Shown here: positions 16,377 through 24,550 of the stretch, piece after piece
Numbering within the stretch: the first letter of the stretch is position 1
Layout of the letters: every line of letters starts with the position of its first letter
Source of the DNA: a virus
Taxonomy: Duplodnaviria; Caudoviricetes
DNA: 26,924 nt
Reading direction: 5' to 3' (one strand)
IMG/VR virus record: IMGVR_UViG_3300020016_000039
Coordinates: 1 to 26,924 of that record
Translations under genes and position numbers: made by a program
The notes under the pieces: model-generated
Seen by the model: the letters and a program-made list of their open reading frames with translations, nothing else
Told to the model about the DNA's origin: nothing
The model's database searches: none

Positions 16377-17197
16377 AATAAAGTTTTATTACATTCTTCT
16401 ATTGCTTTAAAAATTTCCAGTGCAATTTGGGGAACTATTGAATTACCTAGAGCGTTGTTTGCTTTTCTTCTAAGTCCAGAAAAGGTTTCTCCAACCAATC
16501 TTTCGGATACCCCATCATTTGTGAAACAAAGCGATGGTTCAGTTGGCCACCCAAGTTCGTTCCGCTCAAATCTATTTGTTTGGCCTGATGAGTTAACATT
16601 AACTGCATATTCCCCTTGAGTGATCCGGCTGCATCCTCGTTCGCCGATGGGGTCTGAAGCCATCCCATTACCAAATAATTCTCCAGATATATTTTCTGTC
16701 GTGATTCTGTCTGTTCTACTGTTGTTTTCCTTTCTTGTGACATTGGCGTGGGCAACAATCCATAATCTGTTTCTGAGGTGTACGGCGTTCTTACCGCAAG
16801 CTGGCAGTATAAGAGGTGGGAAAACTTCAAACCCCGCAGCTTTTTCCCAATTAAGTAAGCCAGGAACATTTTCCCCAACGATCCAGGTTGGCTGAATTTC
16901 TCTAATTGCTCTAAGCATTTCCGGCCAGAGGTGTCTGTCATCTTCTTTGCCTTTTCTTTTTCCTGCTGTTGAGTATGGTTGACACGGAAATCCTCCGGTA
17001 AGAATGTCGCACTCTCCTCTCCATTCTGTAAAGTCTGTTTTGGTAATATCTCCATAACTTTTTGCATTAGGCCAATAGTAATTTAAAACTTTTTGTCCGA
17101 ACTCATTCCATTCACAATGAAAAACATTTTCCCACCCCATCCATTCGGCAGCAAGGTCAAATCCACCGATACCAGAAAATAGTGATCCATGTTTCAT
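16373..17197 (-). CDS. DNA (cytosine-5) methyltransferase, alpha polypeptide
   Basis: Motif I FSGIGG, IV GFPCQ, VI ENV, VIII HLRNRLW, X ALGNSIVPQ; no motif IX in this frame. Confidence 0.9.
   Translation of the reverse strand: MKHGSLFSGIGGFDLAAEWMGWENVFHCEWNEFGQKVLNYYWPNAKSYGDITKTDFTEWRGECDILTGGFPCQPYSTAGKRKGKEDDRHLWPEMLRAIREIQPTWIVGENVPGLLNWEKAAGFEVFPPLILPACGKNAVHLRNRLWIVAHANVTRKENNSRTDRITTENISGELFGNGMASDPIGERGCSRITQGEYAVNVNSSGQTNRFERNELGWPTEPSLCFTNDGVSERLVGETFSGLRRKANNALGNSIVPQIALEIFKAIEECNKTLL
16447..17067 (-). CDS. Nested +1-frame ORF: probable C5-MTase beta polypeptide (TRD + motif IX)
   Basis: 206 open codons wholly inside the MTase gene; GLLPTP, LQTP and QLNHRFVSQMMGYPKDW (motif IX-like). 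True start uncertain. Confidence 0.7.
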   Translation of the reverse strand: MQKVMEILPKQTLQNGEESATFLPEDFRVNHTQQQEKEKAKKMTDTSGRKCLEQLEKFSQPGSLGKMFLAYLIGKKLRGLKFSHLLYCQLAVRTPYTSETDYGLLPTPMSQERKTTVEQTESRQKIYLENYLVMGWLQTPSANEDAAGSLKGNMQLMLTHQAKQIDLSGTNLGGQLNHRFVSQMMGYPKDWLEKPFLDLEEKQTTL

Positions 17198-18015
17198 AAT
17201 AAAGATAATTGTTTTGTTAATGGTCGTTTATTCTGATAACTGATCTCACTTTTAATATTCACACCACACATTTCTTTACAAGTTGAACACTTACCCATAT
17301 AAGTCTTGCGGTTGAATTTACTTGCCAGTTGTTTCTTACCATTAAACACTTCTTCTTTTACATTAATAATTCCATCAGTTATAAACCTATTATTTTTTGA
17401 CGGCCTAAACACCGTGTCAAGTGTTGATTCGTTTTTAAATAAGTTGTGCTGAATTTCTGCAAGCTGTTTGCCGATGGGGTTGTTAAGATTGAAGTCACAT
17501 GATATAATACGCAGCACTGATTTACAGTAGGGCTTAATTCTGTTGTATTGGTCAAGTGATCGCTCTAACATTTCGTAATCATCCAATGCAGATACTGAAG
17601 TATTGATACAAATATTCATCCGGGACATCAACTGTAATTGCTCGTCGGTAAGTAAAGTCCAATGCCTGGTTATTATTATTATTTCAGTATTGCATTTTGA
17701 TACCGTTTTCAAGATGTTAAATGTGTGCTCCCAATTTTCCGAAGGATCGCCACTTGCACCGATACGAATGAATGGCATTTTAATTTTAGTGATCTGGTTT
17801 AATATATCACGTTTATGCTTTTCGCTTTCAAACGATCTTAAAACTGTTGTACTGAAATCGTGCCCATATCTTTTAGCTGTTCGTGCTGCATAGCAATCGT
17901 TATAACAACCACCTTCGTTTGCAGCCAGCCCCGAAGCGCAACCCATTGTGGTATCAATGCAGTAAACGCCACGGCCATTCTGAACTAATGATATTTTAGT
18001 TGTGTAAGGTTTCAC
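17194..18015 (-). CDS. Radical-SAM-like protein (SPL-like) with atypical Cys spacing
   Basis: IDTTMGC-x10-C-x3-CYA; RIGASGDPS; IITR; TSVSALD; VLRI; C-terminal CSTCKEMC. Confidence 0.68.
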   Translation of the reverse strand: MKPYTTKISLVQNGRGVYCIDTTMGCASGLAANEGGCYNDCYAARTAKRYGHDFSTTVLRSFESEKHKRDILNQITKIKMPFIRIGASGDPSENWEHTFNILKTVSKCNTEIIIITRHWTLLTDEQLQLMSRMNICINTSVSALDDYEMLERSLDQYNRIKPYCKSVLRIISCDFNLNNPIGKQLAEIQHNLFKNESTLDTVFRPSKNNRFITDGIINVKEEVFNGKKQLASKFNRKTYMGKCSTCKEMCGVNIKSEISYQNKRPLTKQLSLL

Positions 18016-19487
18016 AGTCTGCCTATTGGCGGGTATAAATCTTTAATCTTAGAAATATCTCCTTTGTAAAATACCAGTATCTTTTGCTCTGTCTTTGGGA
18101 ACTTCCTATAATTCAAAGTAACTTTTGCATGAGCTAACCTGGTAAACTCAGATTCAAGGTAAACGATCTTATTATAAATATGCAACCCCTGTGACTTAAA
18201 AAACAATTCATGCTCTGCCTCACAGCCATAATACGCCCCGTTCTTATCACGGCTATCCCCAGTCATTATTACAAAAAAACAATTATCATTCAGCATCTTT
18301 AAGCTATTGGCGTAGCCTTCAAATAATGTATCTCTAAACTCTTCGTATGTTGGCAAATTATTAAGTTCACCCTCTGGAATAATACCATCATAATCCAAAT
18401 ATTCTTCTACTTGGTAGTAAGGTGGGCATGAAAACATAAGATCGTATTTCTGTTTCGGTATGAATTTAGAGCTATCTGCTTTAATCCATTTTACATTTAC
18501 GAAATCCTGGCAGATTGCATTGTTAGCGTCACATTGGTTTTGCCTGATCTCGGTTGCAGTGTACTCATAATTATTATCGCCACACACAAACCCCATCTGT
18601 ACACCACCACCAAAAGGATTATAAACCCTTACTCCGTTTGTTGGCATAAACAATCTCAAAATTACCTCACAGGCAACAGGATCAAGAACAGAAGCGTTGC
18701 CATTAAATGACTTTCCTTTATTGTGTTTTACTTCGCCGTTTTCAACTGTATGATTTGCCAACACAATATTAGACATACCGTTTGCGCCCTGCCAACAACC
18801 GTCACGAGAGGCGAACTTTGGATTTTCAATTCCATGTTTTAGCCCAGCGGCTTCTATTTTTTCATTCCACTCTTTTTTCATCCGTAACCAATCAGCCCGT
18901 ATAGTTGTCCATGCGTTTGTCATTGTTGCGTGGCAAAGCCTTTTCATTCGCACTTGTTCTAATGTACCGTACACCATATAAGCATACCCGCTTAACATTA
19001 GATATATTTTAAAACCAATAGCCTCAAACACTTTCGGGTTTTCAAGTATGTGCTTAGTGCTTACAGTCATTATCATTGGGTAACCGTCAACATTTTGTTT
19101 AATGATCTCATTCACCATTTGGCTATAAATCTCTTTATTCTCTTTCCCTAAAGCCATTGCTGATTGAAGTAAACAAAATTCTTTTACAACATGGTTGACC
19201 TGGAAAGTAAAGAAACCTGAAAACTCGTTGTTAATTTTTAAAACAATGGCAGAATGAATCTGCATATTCTTACGGGCTGCACGATATGCAACACCATCTT
19301 CAACGGCAAGTTTCGCAACCTGTTCTTCATAGCCTGATCCAATCACAGTAGGCAAGTGGATAAACTCTATTGCATCAGTTGGTAGTGGTTGCCAGAATTT
19401 AGGTTTCTTTTTTGTTGGTTTCTCTTCTGTAATAATTTCTGGCTCTATTTCTATTTCATCAAAAATCTGTATCTGTTTAAGCATCAT
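18012..19487 (-). CDS. Amino (N6A/N4C) DNA methyltransferase fused to an N-terminal GNAT-like domain
   Basis: Motif I VYNPFGGG, motif IV DLMFSCPPY; N-terminal INNEFSGFFTF...FCLLQSA...NPKVFEAIGF resembles a GNAT fold. Confidence 0.8.
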   Translation of the reverse strand: MMLKQIQIFDEIEIEPEIITEEKPTKKKPKFWQPLPTDAIEFIHLPTVIGSGYEEQVAKLAVEDGVAYRAARKNMQIHSAIVLKINNEFSGFFTFQVNHVVKEFCLLQSAMALGKENKEIYSQMVNEIIKQNVDGYPMIMTVSTKHILENPKVFEAIGFKIYLMLSGYAYMVYGTLEQVRMKRLCHATMTNAWTTIRADWLRMKKEWNEKIEAAGLKHGIENPKFASRDGCWQGANGMSNIVLANHTVENGEVKHNKGKSFNGNASVLDPVACEVILRLFMPTNGVRVYNPFGGGVQMGFVCGDNNYEYTATEIRQNQCDANNAICQDFVNVKWIKADSSKFIPKQKYDLMFSCPPYYQVEEYLDYDGIIPEGELNNLPTYEEFRDTLFEGYANSLKMLNDNCFFVIMTGDSRDKNGAYYGCEAEHELFFKSQGLHIYNKIVYLESEFTRLAHAKVTLNYRKFPKTEQKILVFYKGDISKIKDLYPPIGRL

Positions 19488-19837
19488 AATAAATTTTCAA
19501 TTTGAAGTAAACGTTGTTTATATTGTTCGTCAGAGAAGCAAAGATTTTCAACAGTCCTGAATGAGTGTATAGCTGTAGTATGATCACGACCTCCGAACAG
19601 GTTAGAAATATCAGTCCATGAACGAGTAGTATTTTTTCTGATCAAGTATATTGCTATCTGTCTTGCCTGAACTATTCTTTTATACCGATGGATTGAAAAC
19701 ATTTCTACTCTGCTGACATCAAGTTGCTCACCGACTATACGGATAATGTGATCAGCTAGTAAGTTCTTTATAAAAGTAGTTCCTTTCAGCATACCAGGAA
19801 TTGTCCAGTAGTTTGTTGATGAGATGTTGTAGGTCAT
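19484..19837 (-). CDS. Stand-alone DnaA C-terminal (domain IV) HTH protein
   Basis: ARQIAIYLIR...SWTDISNLFGGRDHTTAIHS. Confidence 0.88.
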   Translation of the reverse strand: MTYNISSTNYWTIPGMLKGTTFIKNLLADHIIRIVGEQLDVSRVEMFSIHRYKRIVQARQIAIYLIRKNTTRSWTDISNLFGGRDHTTAIHSFRTVENLCFSDEQYKQRLLQIENLL

Positions 19838-20100
19838 ACGACGTGTATTTTAAGAAGTTCTACAACCTTGTTTTTAGCAATGTTAAAATCATCTTCGCCA
19901 ACAAATTGCCACCCGTTAGTAAAGGGATTATACTGATCTAAGCTGACAATTTCAATTCCATAACTAAAGGAGTATGATTTAACAATCATTGCGGTCTTAT
20001 CATCTAAGACTTTTGTAAAATGATTATCACCATTCTTTACATAGCATGGCATTTCTACATCAACTGATTTTTCGATTGTTTCTTGAATTACTCTTTTCAT
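19834..20100 (-). CDS. Hypothetical protein
   Basis: 88 aa, ATGA overlaps. Confidence 0.7.
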   Translation of the reverse strand: MKRVIQETIEKSVDVEMPCYVKNGDNHFTKVLDDKTAMIVKSYSFSYGIEIVSLDQYNPFTNGWQFVGEDDFNIAKNKVVELLKIHVV

Positions 20101-20996
20101 ACCGCTTGAGTTTTAAAAGTTCCCTGTTTAGTTTTGAACATTGCTTTCAGTTTCTCATCTTCAGAGACAGTTGCTGCGTGAACGTCGTACAGTTGGCGAA
20201 GTTTAGTAGCTGTGTCCATTGAATCTACTTCGAGCTGCCATAAAGTGTAGAAGGCTTCAGGATCAAGTTCTTTATTATTCGGCACTGCGTTAGTATGCTG
20301 CTTAACTTCAACCCCTGTCTCGCACCACTTCAATATCACCTTGCCGGTTTTCTCAGTAATTACAAACGGATCTTTACCCTCAAATAAATTAGTACGATCC
20401 TTCGAAGCCATAGCCATGTGAGTATCTCTGTCAATATTTAAACTTACAGTTAACTCGTATTCCCAACCCTCACGCTGAATATCTTTCATACCCAATTTCT
20501 TCACCTTCTTATCATCGGTCATTACAGTTTCCATTTTACTACGAGTGCAAGTAATAATATGAACCGGGGCTTGTAGAACTTTATTAACGAACGAATCGTG
20601 ACGGGGAGTTGTTTGGCTCCATGCTGACCAGGTATTACCCTTGAATTTAGACTGAGCCAGTTTCTCATTGATCTCTATACAGCCGCCAGTACCAGACCAT
20701 TCGTGTGAGCTGCTATCAATAATGATACACTCAATACCACCGGATATACAAGCATCTATCGCTTCGTTATATCTCTCAGGTGTGTAGGGTGGTTGTAAGT
20801 CAATAGTATTAAAGTCGCCTAAGTGAGAGTACAGGGAGGCGCTGCCATTCTCTGTATCAATTACAGCTATCTTATCCCAAGATCCGATAAGACCTTTTGC
20901 CATTAATAACGCTGAGTAGGTTTTCCCACTGCCCGCAGGGCCGGATAGGTTCAGCCGTAGCTTTGATTTCTTCCGGGTCGCTTTTTGGAGTTGCAT
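20097..20996 (-). CDS. AAA_24/Sak4-like ATPase (phage single-strand annealing recombinase family)
   Basis: GPAGSGKTYSAL; IAVIDTE; IIIDSSSHEW; IQREGWEYE; ASKDRT. Confidence 0.85.
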   Translation of the reverse strand: MQLQKATRKKSKLRLNLSGPAGSGKTYSALLMAKGLIGSWDKIAVIDTENGSASLYSHLGDFNTIDLQPPYTPERYNEAIDACISGGIECIIIDSSSHEWSGTGGCIEINEKLAQSKFKGNTWSAWSQTTPRHDSFVNKVLQAPVHIITCTRSKMETVMTDDKKVKKLGMKDIQREGWEYELTVSLNIDRDTHMAMASKDRTNLFEGKDPFVITEKTGKVILKWCETGVEVKQHTNAVPNNKELDPEAFYTLWQLEVDSMDTATKLRQLYDVHAATVSEDEKLKAMFKTKQGTFKTQAV

Positions 20997-20997
20997 T

Positions 20998-21244
20998 TTG
21001 TTTTATAGTTTAATTATTAATAATCCAGAATTATGTTCATGTCAGCGATCACAAGTTTATCTAATGGCAATTCATAATAATACAAATCGGCTTTAAGATT
21101 TTCAACAGTTGTTTTAATATTTTCGGCTGCTGCTGAAATTGCTTTGTCGGCTTTTTCTTTAGTTGAAAAAACTCCGAATGGTTCCCGACTTTCATTCCAT
21201 TGGTAATAAAATACTGTAGTCATTGTTTATAGTTTTAATTATTA
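20998..21244. repeat. Imperfect ~21-bp direct repeat flanking gene 21017-21223
   Basis: TTGTTTTATAGTTTAATTATTA (20998-21019) versus TTGTTTATAGTTTTAATTATTA (21224-21244); each copy is a stop codon plus the leader of the next gene. Confidence 0.65.
21017..21223 (-). CDS. Hypothetical protein
   Basis: 68 aa containing GVFSTKEKA. Confidence 0.7.
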   Translation of the reverse strand: MTTVFYYQWNESREPFGVFSTKEKADKAISAAAENIKTTVENLKADLYYYELPLDKLVIADMNIILDY

Positions 21245-21778
21245 TAAAAATTTCCATTCGTACCCATTAATGATTTTATTTTTTCGGCAAGCAGATGAAA
21301 TACTAGCTTGAAAACATCCAGCCCAATCAGCAGCGATTCTTTGATTAATAAATTCTTTAATCAGTACGCTATCTTTAAAAGCCCCAACCCTTTTACCATT
21401 GATTAATTTTATTTCCATTCTTTGTTTATACCTGTTATCTTCCCATGTTTTTACTTCTATATTATCAATAGTATAATCTTTTTTAAAGTTAATTCTATCA
21501 ATAGACGGCTTACGATTTTTAACATACCCAGACTTCACCCACTCATTAAATAAACGATTAAACTTTTTATCATCAATAAACTTACTAATCAAATCTTCTA
21601 AATAGTAAAGCACAGGTCTCCTTTCTTTTTGGCCGTTATAAATATTGCAAAGAACGCCTCGTTTTGTTTTTCTGAATTTATCAGTAGCTTTTTTACTAAC
21701 GATTCTGCCCTTATCAGAAGATTGATATTTCTTCATGCTTAATGAAGCAGCTTCCTTATGTTCTTTATAATAGCTCAA
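21242..21778 (-). CDS. Putative HNH-type homing endonuclease with a C-terminal NUMOD1-like HTH
   Basis: PSIDRIN..KDYTIDNI...W.DN; EFINQRIAADWAGCFQASISSACR...GYEWKF; TTG start overlaps the upstream TGA. Confidence 0.72.
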   Translation of the reverse strand: MSYYKEHKEAASLSMKKYQSSDKGRIVSKKATDKFRKTKRGVLCNIYNGQKERRPVLYYLEDLISKFIDDKKFNRLFNEWVKSGYVKNRKPSIDRINFKKDYTIDNIEVKTWEDNRYKQRMEIKLINGKRVGAFKDSVLIKEFINQRIAADWAGCFQASISSACRKNKIINGYEWKFL

Positions 21779-21903
21779 TTGTTGTAGAATTTTTCGGAAT
21801 CGTCATACTCTGATTCCAGTTTAGATTGCTTCGTAGTTATTATAGCGATCCATGAACAAAGCAGGATGTTGATGATGACGGAGAGAAGGAAGAGGTAGGT
21901 CAT
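21775..21903 (-). CDS. Small membrane protein (42 aa)
   Basis: Hand translation MTYLFLLSVIINILLCSWIAIITTKQSKLESEYDDSEKFYNN; stop/start overlaps at both ends. Confidence 0.6.
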   Translation of the reverse strand: MTYLFLLSVIINILLCSWIAIITTKQSKLESEYDDSEKFYNN

Positions 21904-22235
21904 TTGAGTTGGTTTAAAGCATTAGCAATTAATTTAGCATTGGATTTATTTATTTCAAAATGTTTTTCTGGGTCTGCATAGCCAAAATCACATTTACAAA
22001 TATGTTTATAAGCCGGGTATGGAGTGCCTATTGTATTTTGATACTCCATGATAACAGAAGTTAAATCATGCCCATCAACATGATAAATACCTTTATTTGG
22101 ATTTTCTAATAACTTAATTTTATCTTTTAATTGCCTGTTTTCAATTTCAAGTTCTTGCGCTCTAACACTTATAATATCATAGGCGTGTGCCTTAGTGATA
22201 TTTGTCATTGTTTCAAATAAGTTATCTGTTATCAT
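21900..22235 (-). CDS. Hypothetical protein
   Basis: 111 aa, ATGA overlaps. Confidence 0.7.
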   Translation of the reverse strand: MITDNLFETMTNITKAHAYDIISVRAQELEIENRQLKDKIKLLENPNKGIYHVDGHDLTSVIMEYQNTIGTPYPAYKHICKCDFGYADPEKHFEINKSNAKLIANALNQLK

Positions 22236-22444
22236 GATATTTCATTTATACGGTGATTGAATTTTGACATTACATATTCACCACCAGCAAAGAACAGTTT
22301 CCAGCATTCCATCTCGCCTTTAATTTCTATTGATACATCGTACTTACCTAAATCTTCCGCTGGTGATATTACCATCTGATCTTCAAAGTTACTGCGAAGT
22401 GCTTCTAGTTGTTCGGGCGATACGTTTGTTAATTGGATTTGCAT
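22232..22444 (-). CDS. Hypothetical protein, first gene of the leftward operon
   Basis: Probable start MQIQLTNVSPEQ at 22444, after a TATATTTG box. Confidence 0.7.
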   Translation of the reverse strand: MQIQLTNVSPEQLEALRSNFEDQMVISPAEDLGKYDVSIEIKGEMECWKLFFAGGEYVMSKFNHRINEIS

Positions 22445-22550
22445 AATTGATAAGTTTTGACAAATATAATACTTGTTTTGATACAAACTAATTTTTTTAA
22501 ATAATTTTTTTATTTAAAAGTAATTGCTATATTTACATAAATTATTCATT
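22445..22550. promoter_or_regulatory. Divergent promoter region (strand switch)
   Basis: TATATTTG on minus (22461-22468) and TATATTTA on plus (22528-22535) in a very AT-rich spacer next to an HTH gene. Confidence 0.7.
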
Positions 22551-22754
22551 ATGGATTCTATTAAAGATTATAAAAAAACTTTGATGGTTGCGAAGAAAAA
22601 CGCATCTATCTTATTAAGAGGATTGCCAGAATCTAAGTTAATGGAAGTAGCTTCTCGTATCAACGTAAGCTATTCTACTATTTATTTATATAAGTCTGGC
22701 AAAGGCGAAAACCTTGAAACTGCTATTAAAATTATTGAAGCACTTAAACCATAA
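22551..22754 (+). CDS. Cro/Xre-like HTH regulator
   Basis: LMEVASRINVSYSTIYLYKSGKG.NLETAIKI; probable start at ATG 22551. Confidence 0.75.
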   Translation: MDSIKDYKKTLMVAKKNASILLRGLPESKLMEVASRINVSYSTIYLYKSGKGENLETAIKIIEALKP

Positions 22755-22758
22755 CACT

Positions 22759-23010
22759 ATGCCCGACACCCAACGCCCCTCTGACTGGATCTTACCTAAC
22801 TACACTAAAGTAACTAAGTTAGATTACTTCGGCAAACCATACGAAGCCTACGAGCGAATCAAACACGGTCCAGACTACGGTAAGTTATGGTCTGGATTCA
22901 GTGAACAATTCCGCTCACAACCAACCAGGGATATTACCAACCGTAGTGGATCTTACTTACCTCCGTTAGATCAGATTGAATTAATAGAAACTAAAACTGA
23001 TGAGATATGA
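22759..23010 (+). CDS. Hypothetical protein
   Basis: Probable start MPDTQRP at 22759; ATGA overlap downstream. Confidence 0.65.
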   Translation: MPDTQRPSDWILPNYTKVTKLDYFGKPYEAYERIKHGPDYGKLWSGFSEQFRSQPTRDITNRSGSYLPPLDQIELIETKTDEI

Positions 23011-23210
23011 CACAAGACAAACCTACTATTAAAATAAAAGTTGAATTACCTACAACTTCGGAATTATTCAAAAAGCATTTTCCTCATGTTTATGGAGGGG
23101 TAGGAATTTGGATATTTCACCCGAATGTGGAGTCGTTCTTTGAAGAACTTAACCAAGTGTGCTTAATAGAAGATGCTTTAAAAACTATCACCCAAACCTA
23201 CAAACAATAA
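23007..23210 (+). CDS. Hypothetical protein
   Basis: 67 aa in a dense co-oriented array. Confidence 0.65.
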   Translation: MTQDKPTIKIKVELPTTSELFKKHFPHVYGGVGIWIFHPNVESFFEELNQVCLIEDALKTITQTYKQ

Positions 23211-23216
23211 AAGACT

Positions 23217-23417
23217 ATGACTAAGGAAGAACTTGGAAAATGCCAAAAGAAAAAATGCAAAGGGAACTACATCTCATATTCTTTTGCGGGTATTAATTCA
23301 AGCGGGATAAATTGTTATGATGGAAAATGTAACAAGTGCGGTGATTTAAGGTGCTTGCCAAGTCCATTCTCATTATGGTATAGAAAATATCACTCACTTA
23401 AAAACCAAAGACTATGA
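23217..23417 (+). CDS. Small Zn-ribbon-like protein
   Basis: CQKKKC...CNKC; its start and the next gene's start share AAAGACTATGA. Confidence 0.6.
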   Translation: MTKEELGKCQKKKCKGNYISYSFAGINSSGINCYDGKCNKCGDLRCLPSPFSLWYRKYHSLKNQRL

Positions 23418-23698
23418 TACCTACTATTGAAGAGTTTATAGCTAATGAATTATGCGACCACGAAGATGAATCTGGAAAGTATTATCGTGGCGATACAGTA
23501 GCTTTTATTATGACCAAATATGCCGCCTCCCTCAATAGGCAGGGATGGGATGACGAAGATATGCTTTCAATAATGGCTTACTATGAAACTCATGTTAAAG
23601 GAGCAACGCTTGTTGGTATCCTAAACAATTTCAAAAGATGTAGAGAGAAATTCGGCAAAGCAAAGATTTATGATATAGCAGCAACAAAAAGATTGTGA
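23414..23698 (+). CDS. Hypothetical protein with an internal NRQGW junction motif
   Basis: 94 aa; contains a remnant of junction repeat A at 23529-23548. Confidence 0.65.
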   Translation: MIPTIEEFIANELCDHEDESGKYYRGDTVAFIMTKYAASLNRQGWDDEDMLSIMAYYETHVKGATLVGILNNFKRCREKFGKAKIYDIAATKRL

Positions 23699-23728
23699 TT
23701 GGATGCCACTACCAAAAAAACCAAGTAT

Positions 23729-24031
23729 ATGAGTAAGAAAAATTTAAGCAATCTGATTCATAAGTATAAAGAAACCGGAATCTGCGAAATATATGTTGAC
23801 AAGGTTGTTGATGTTTGGGATGATGATTGGGGCATTAGTCAATACCATGAAGAATTTAAACTTTGCCACAACAACCCAAAGGCAGATAATTTTACAAGAA
23901 CAGATTTCAAAATTGTTATCTCAAAACAACAGGCTCACGAATTAATTGGAAAGATGAATTTGATTGACGAAAGAAGCACCGTATTTAATCATGGAAGAAT
24001 TTGGAAATTGAATAAACCCTCAAACATTTAA
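23729..24031 (+). CDS. Hypothetical protein ending in LNKPSNI
   Basis: Probable ATG at 23729; C-terminus encoded by junction repeat A. Confidence 0.7.
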   Translation: MSKKNLSNLIHKYKETGICEIYVDKVVDVWDDDWGISQYHEEFKLCHNNPKADNFTRTDFKIVISKQQAHELIGKMNLIDERSTVFNHGRIWKLNKPSNI

Positions 24032-24033
24032 TC

Positions 24034-24231
24034 ATGGAAAATAATAGGCAGGGATGGACGAGGGCAAGTGGTCAATCAAAAGAAGACGGATGGTTTTATG
24101 ATGCAGATTTTTTAAGAACCATTACCGAAAAAGTAAATGAACAGGAATGGGGTGAAACTTTATCAATGGAAGAAGTTGAAGCTGTTTTAAAAGTTGTAGA
24201 ATCAATGCCACTACCAAATAAACCAATTTAA
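24034..24231 (+). CDS. Hypothetical protein starting MENNRQGW
   Basis: 65 aa; start codon lies within repeat A; ends NKPI. Confidence 0.7.
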   Translation: MENNRQGWTRASGQSKEDGWFYDADFLRTITEKVNEQEWGETLSMEEVEAVLKVVESMPLPNKPI

Positions 24232-24232
24232 A

Positions 24233-24532
24233 ATGTTAATGACTTGGCAGACTTATAAGAAAAAATTTAACCCAGATATTTATTCTGTAAGGGATAGTAC
24301 AAAAGGATGGATAAGAACCATAGTTGCTCCGACAATGAGAAATGCGGGTTTTTATAAAACAGGCCACGAAGATATTATTACGGATTCAAGAAAACCAAAG
24401 CAGATAGTATTAGATGATTTTAAGGAAATAGTTGATAAGTCAGAATTGGTTGTCTATTTCGTTTACCACCCAACGGCCAGTTATGCGGGATATTTCACAG
24501 CCCTTGAAATTTATTACAAACCATTCAAATAA
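24233..24532 (+). CDS. Hypothetical protein
   Basis: 99 aa; stop codon supplied by repeat A. Confidence 0.7.
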   Translation: MLMTWQTYKKKFNPDIYSVRDSTKGWIRTIVAPTMRNAGFYKTGHEDIITDSRKPKQIVLDDFKEIVDKSELVVYFVYHPTASYAGYFTALEIYYKPFK

Positions 24533-24550
24533 ACCCTCAAACATTTAATC

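Noticed and set aside
8203-17893. Plus-strand ORFs inside the leftward operons (8203, 10026, 10437, 11412, 12203, 12675, 12939, 13541, 15364, 16030, 16362, 16620, 17603)
   Set aside because: Antisense to motif-bearing genes or spanning regulatory DNA, with no recognisable motifs.
15912-19487. Type II restriction-modification system
   Set aside because: The nuclease is a stand-alone VRR-NUC type typical of phage replication regions; the methyltransferases look like orphan anti-restriction enzymes.
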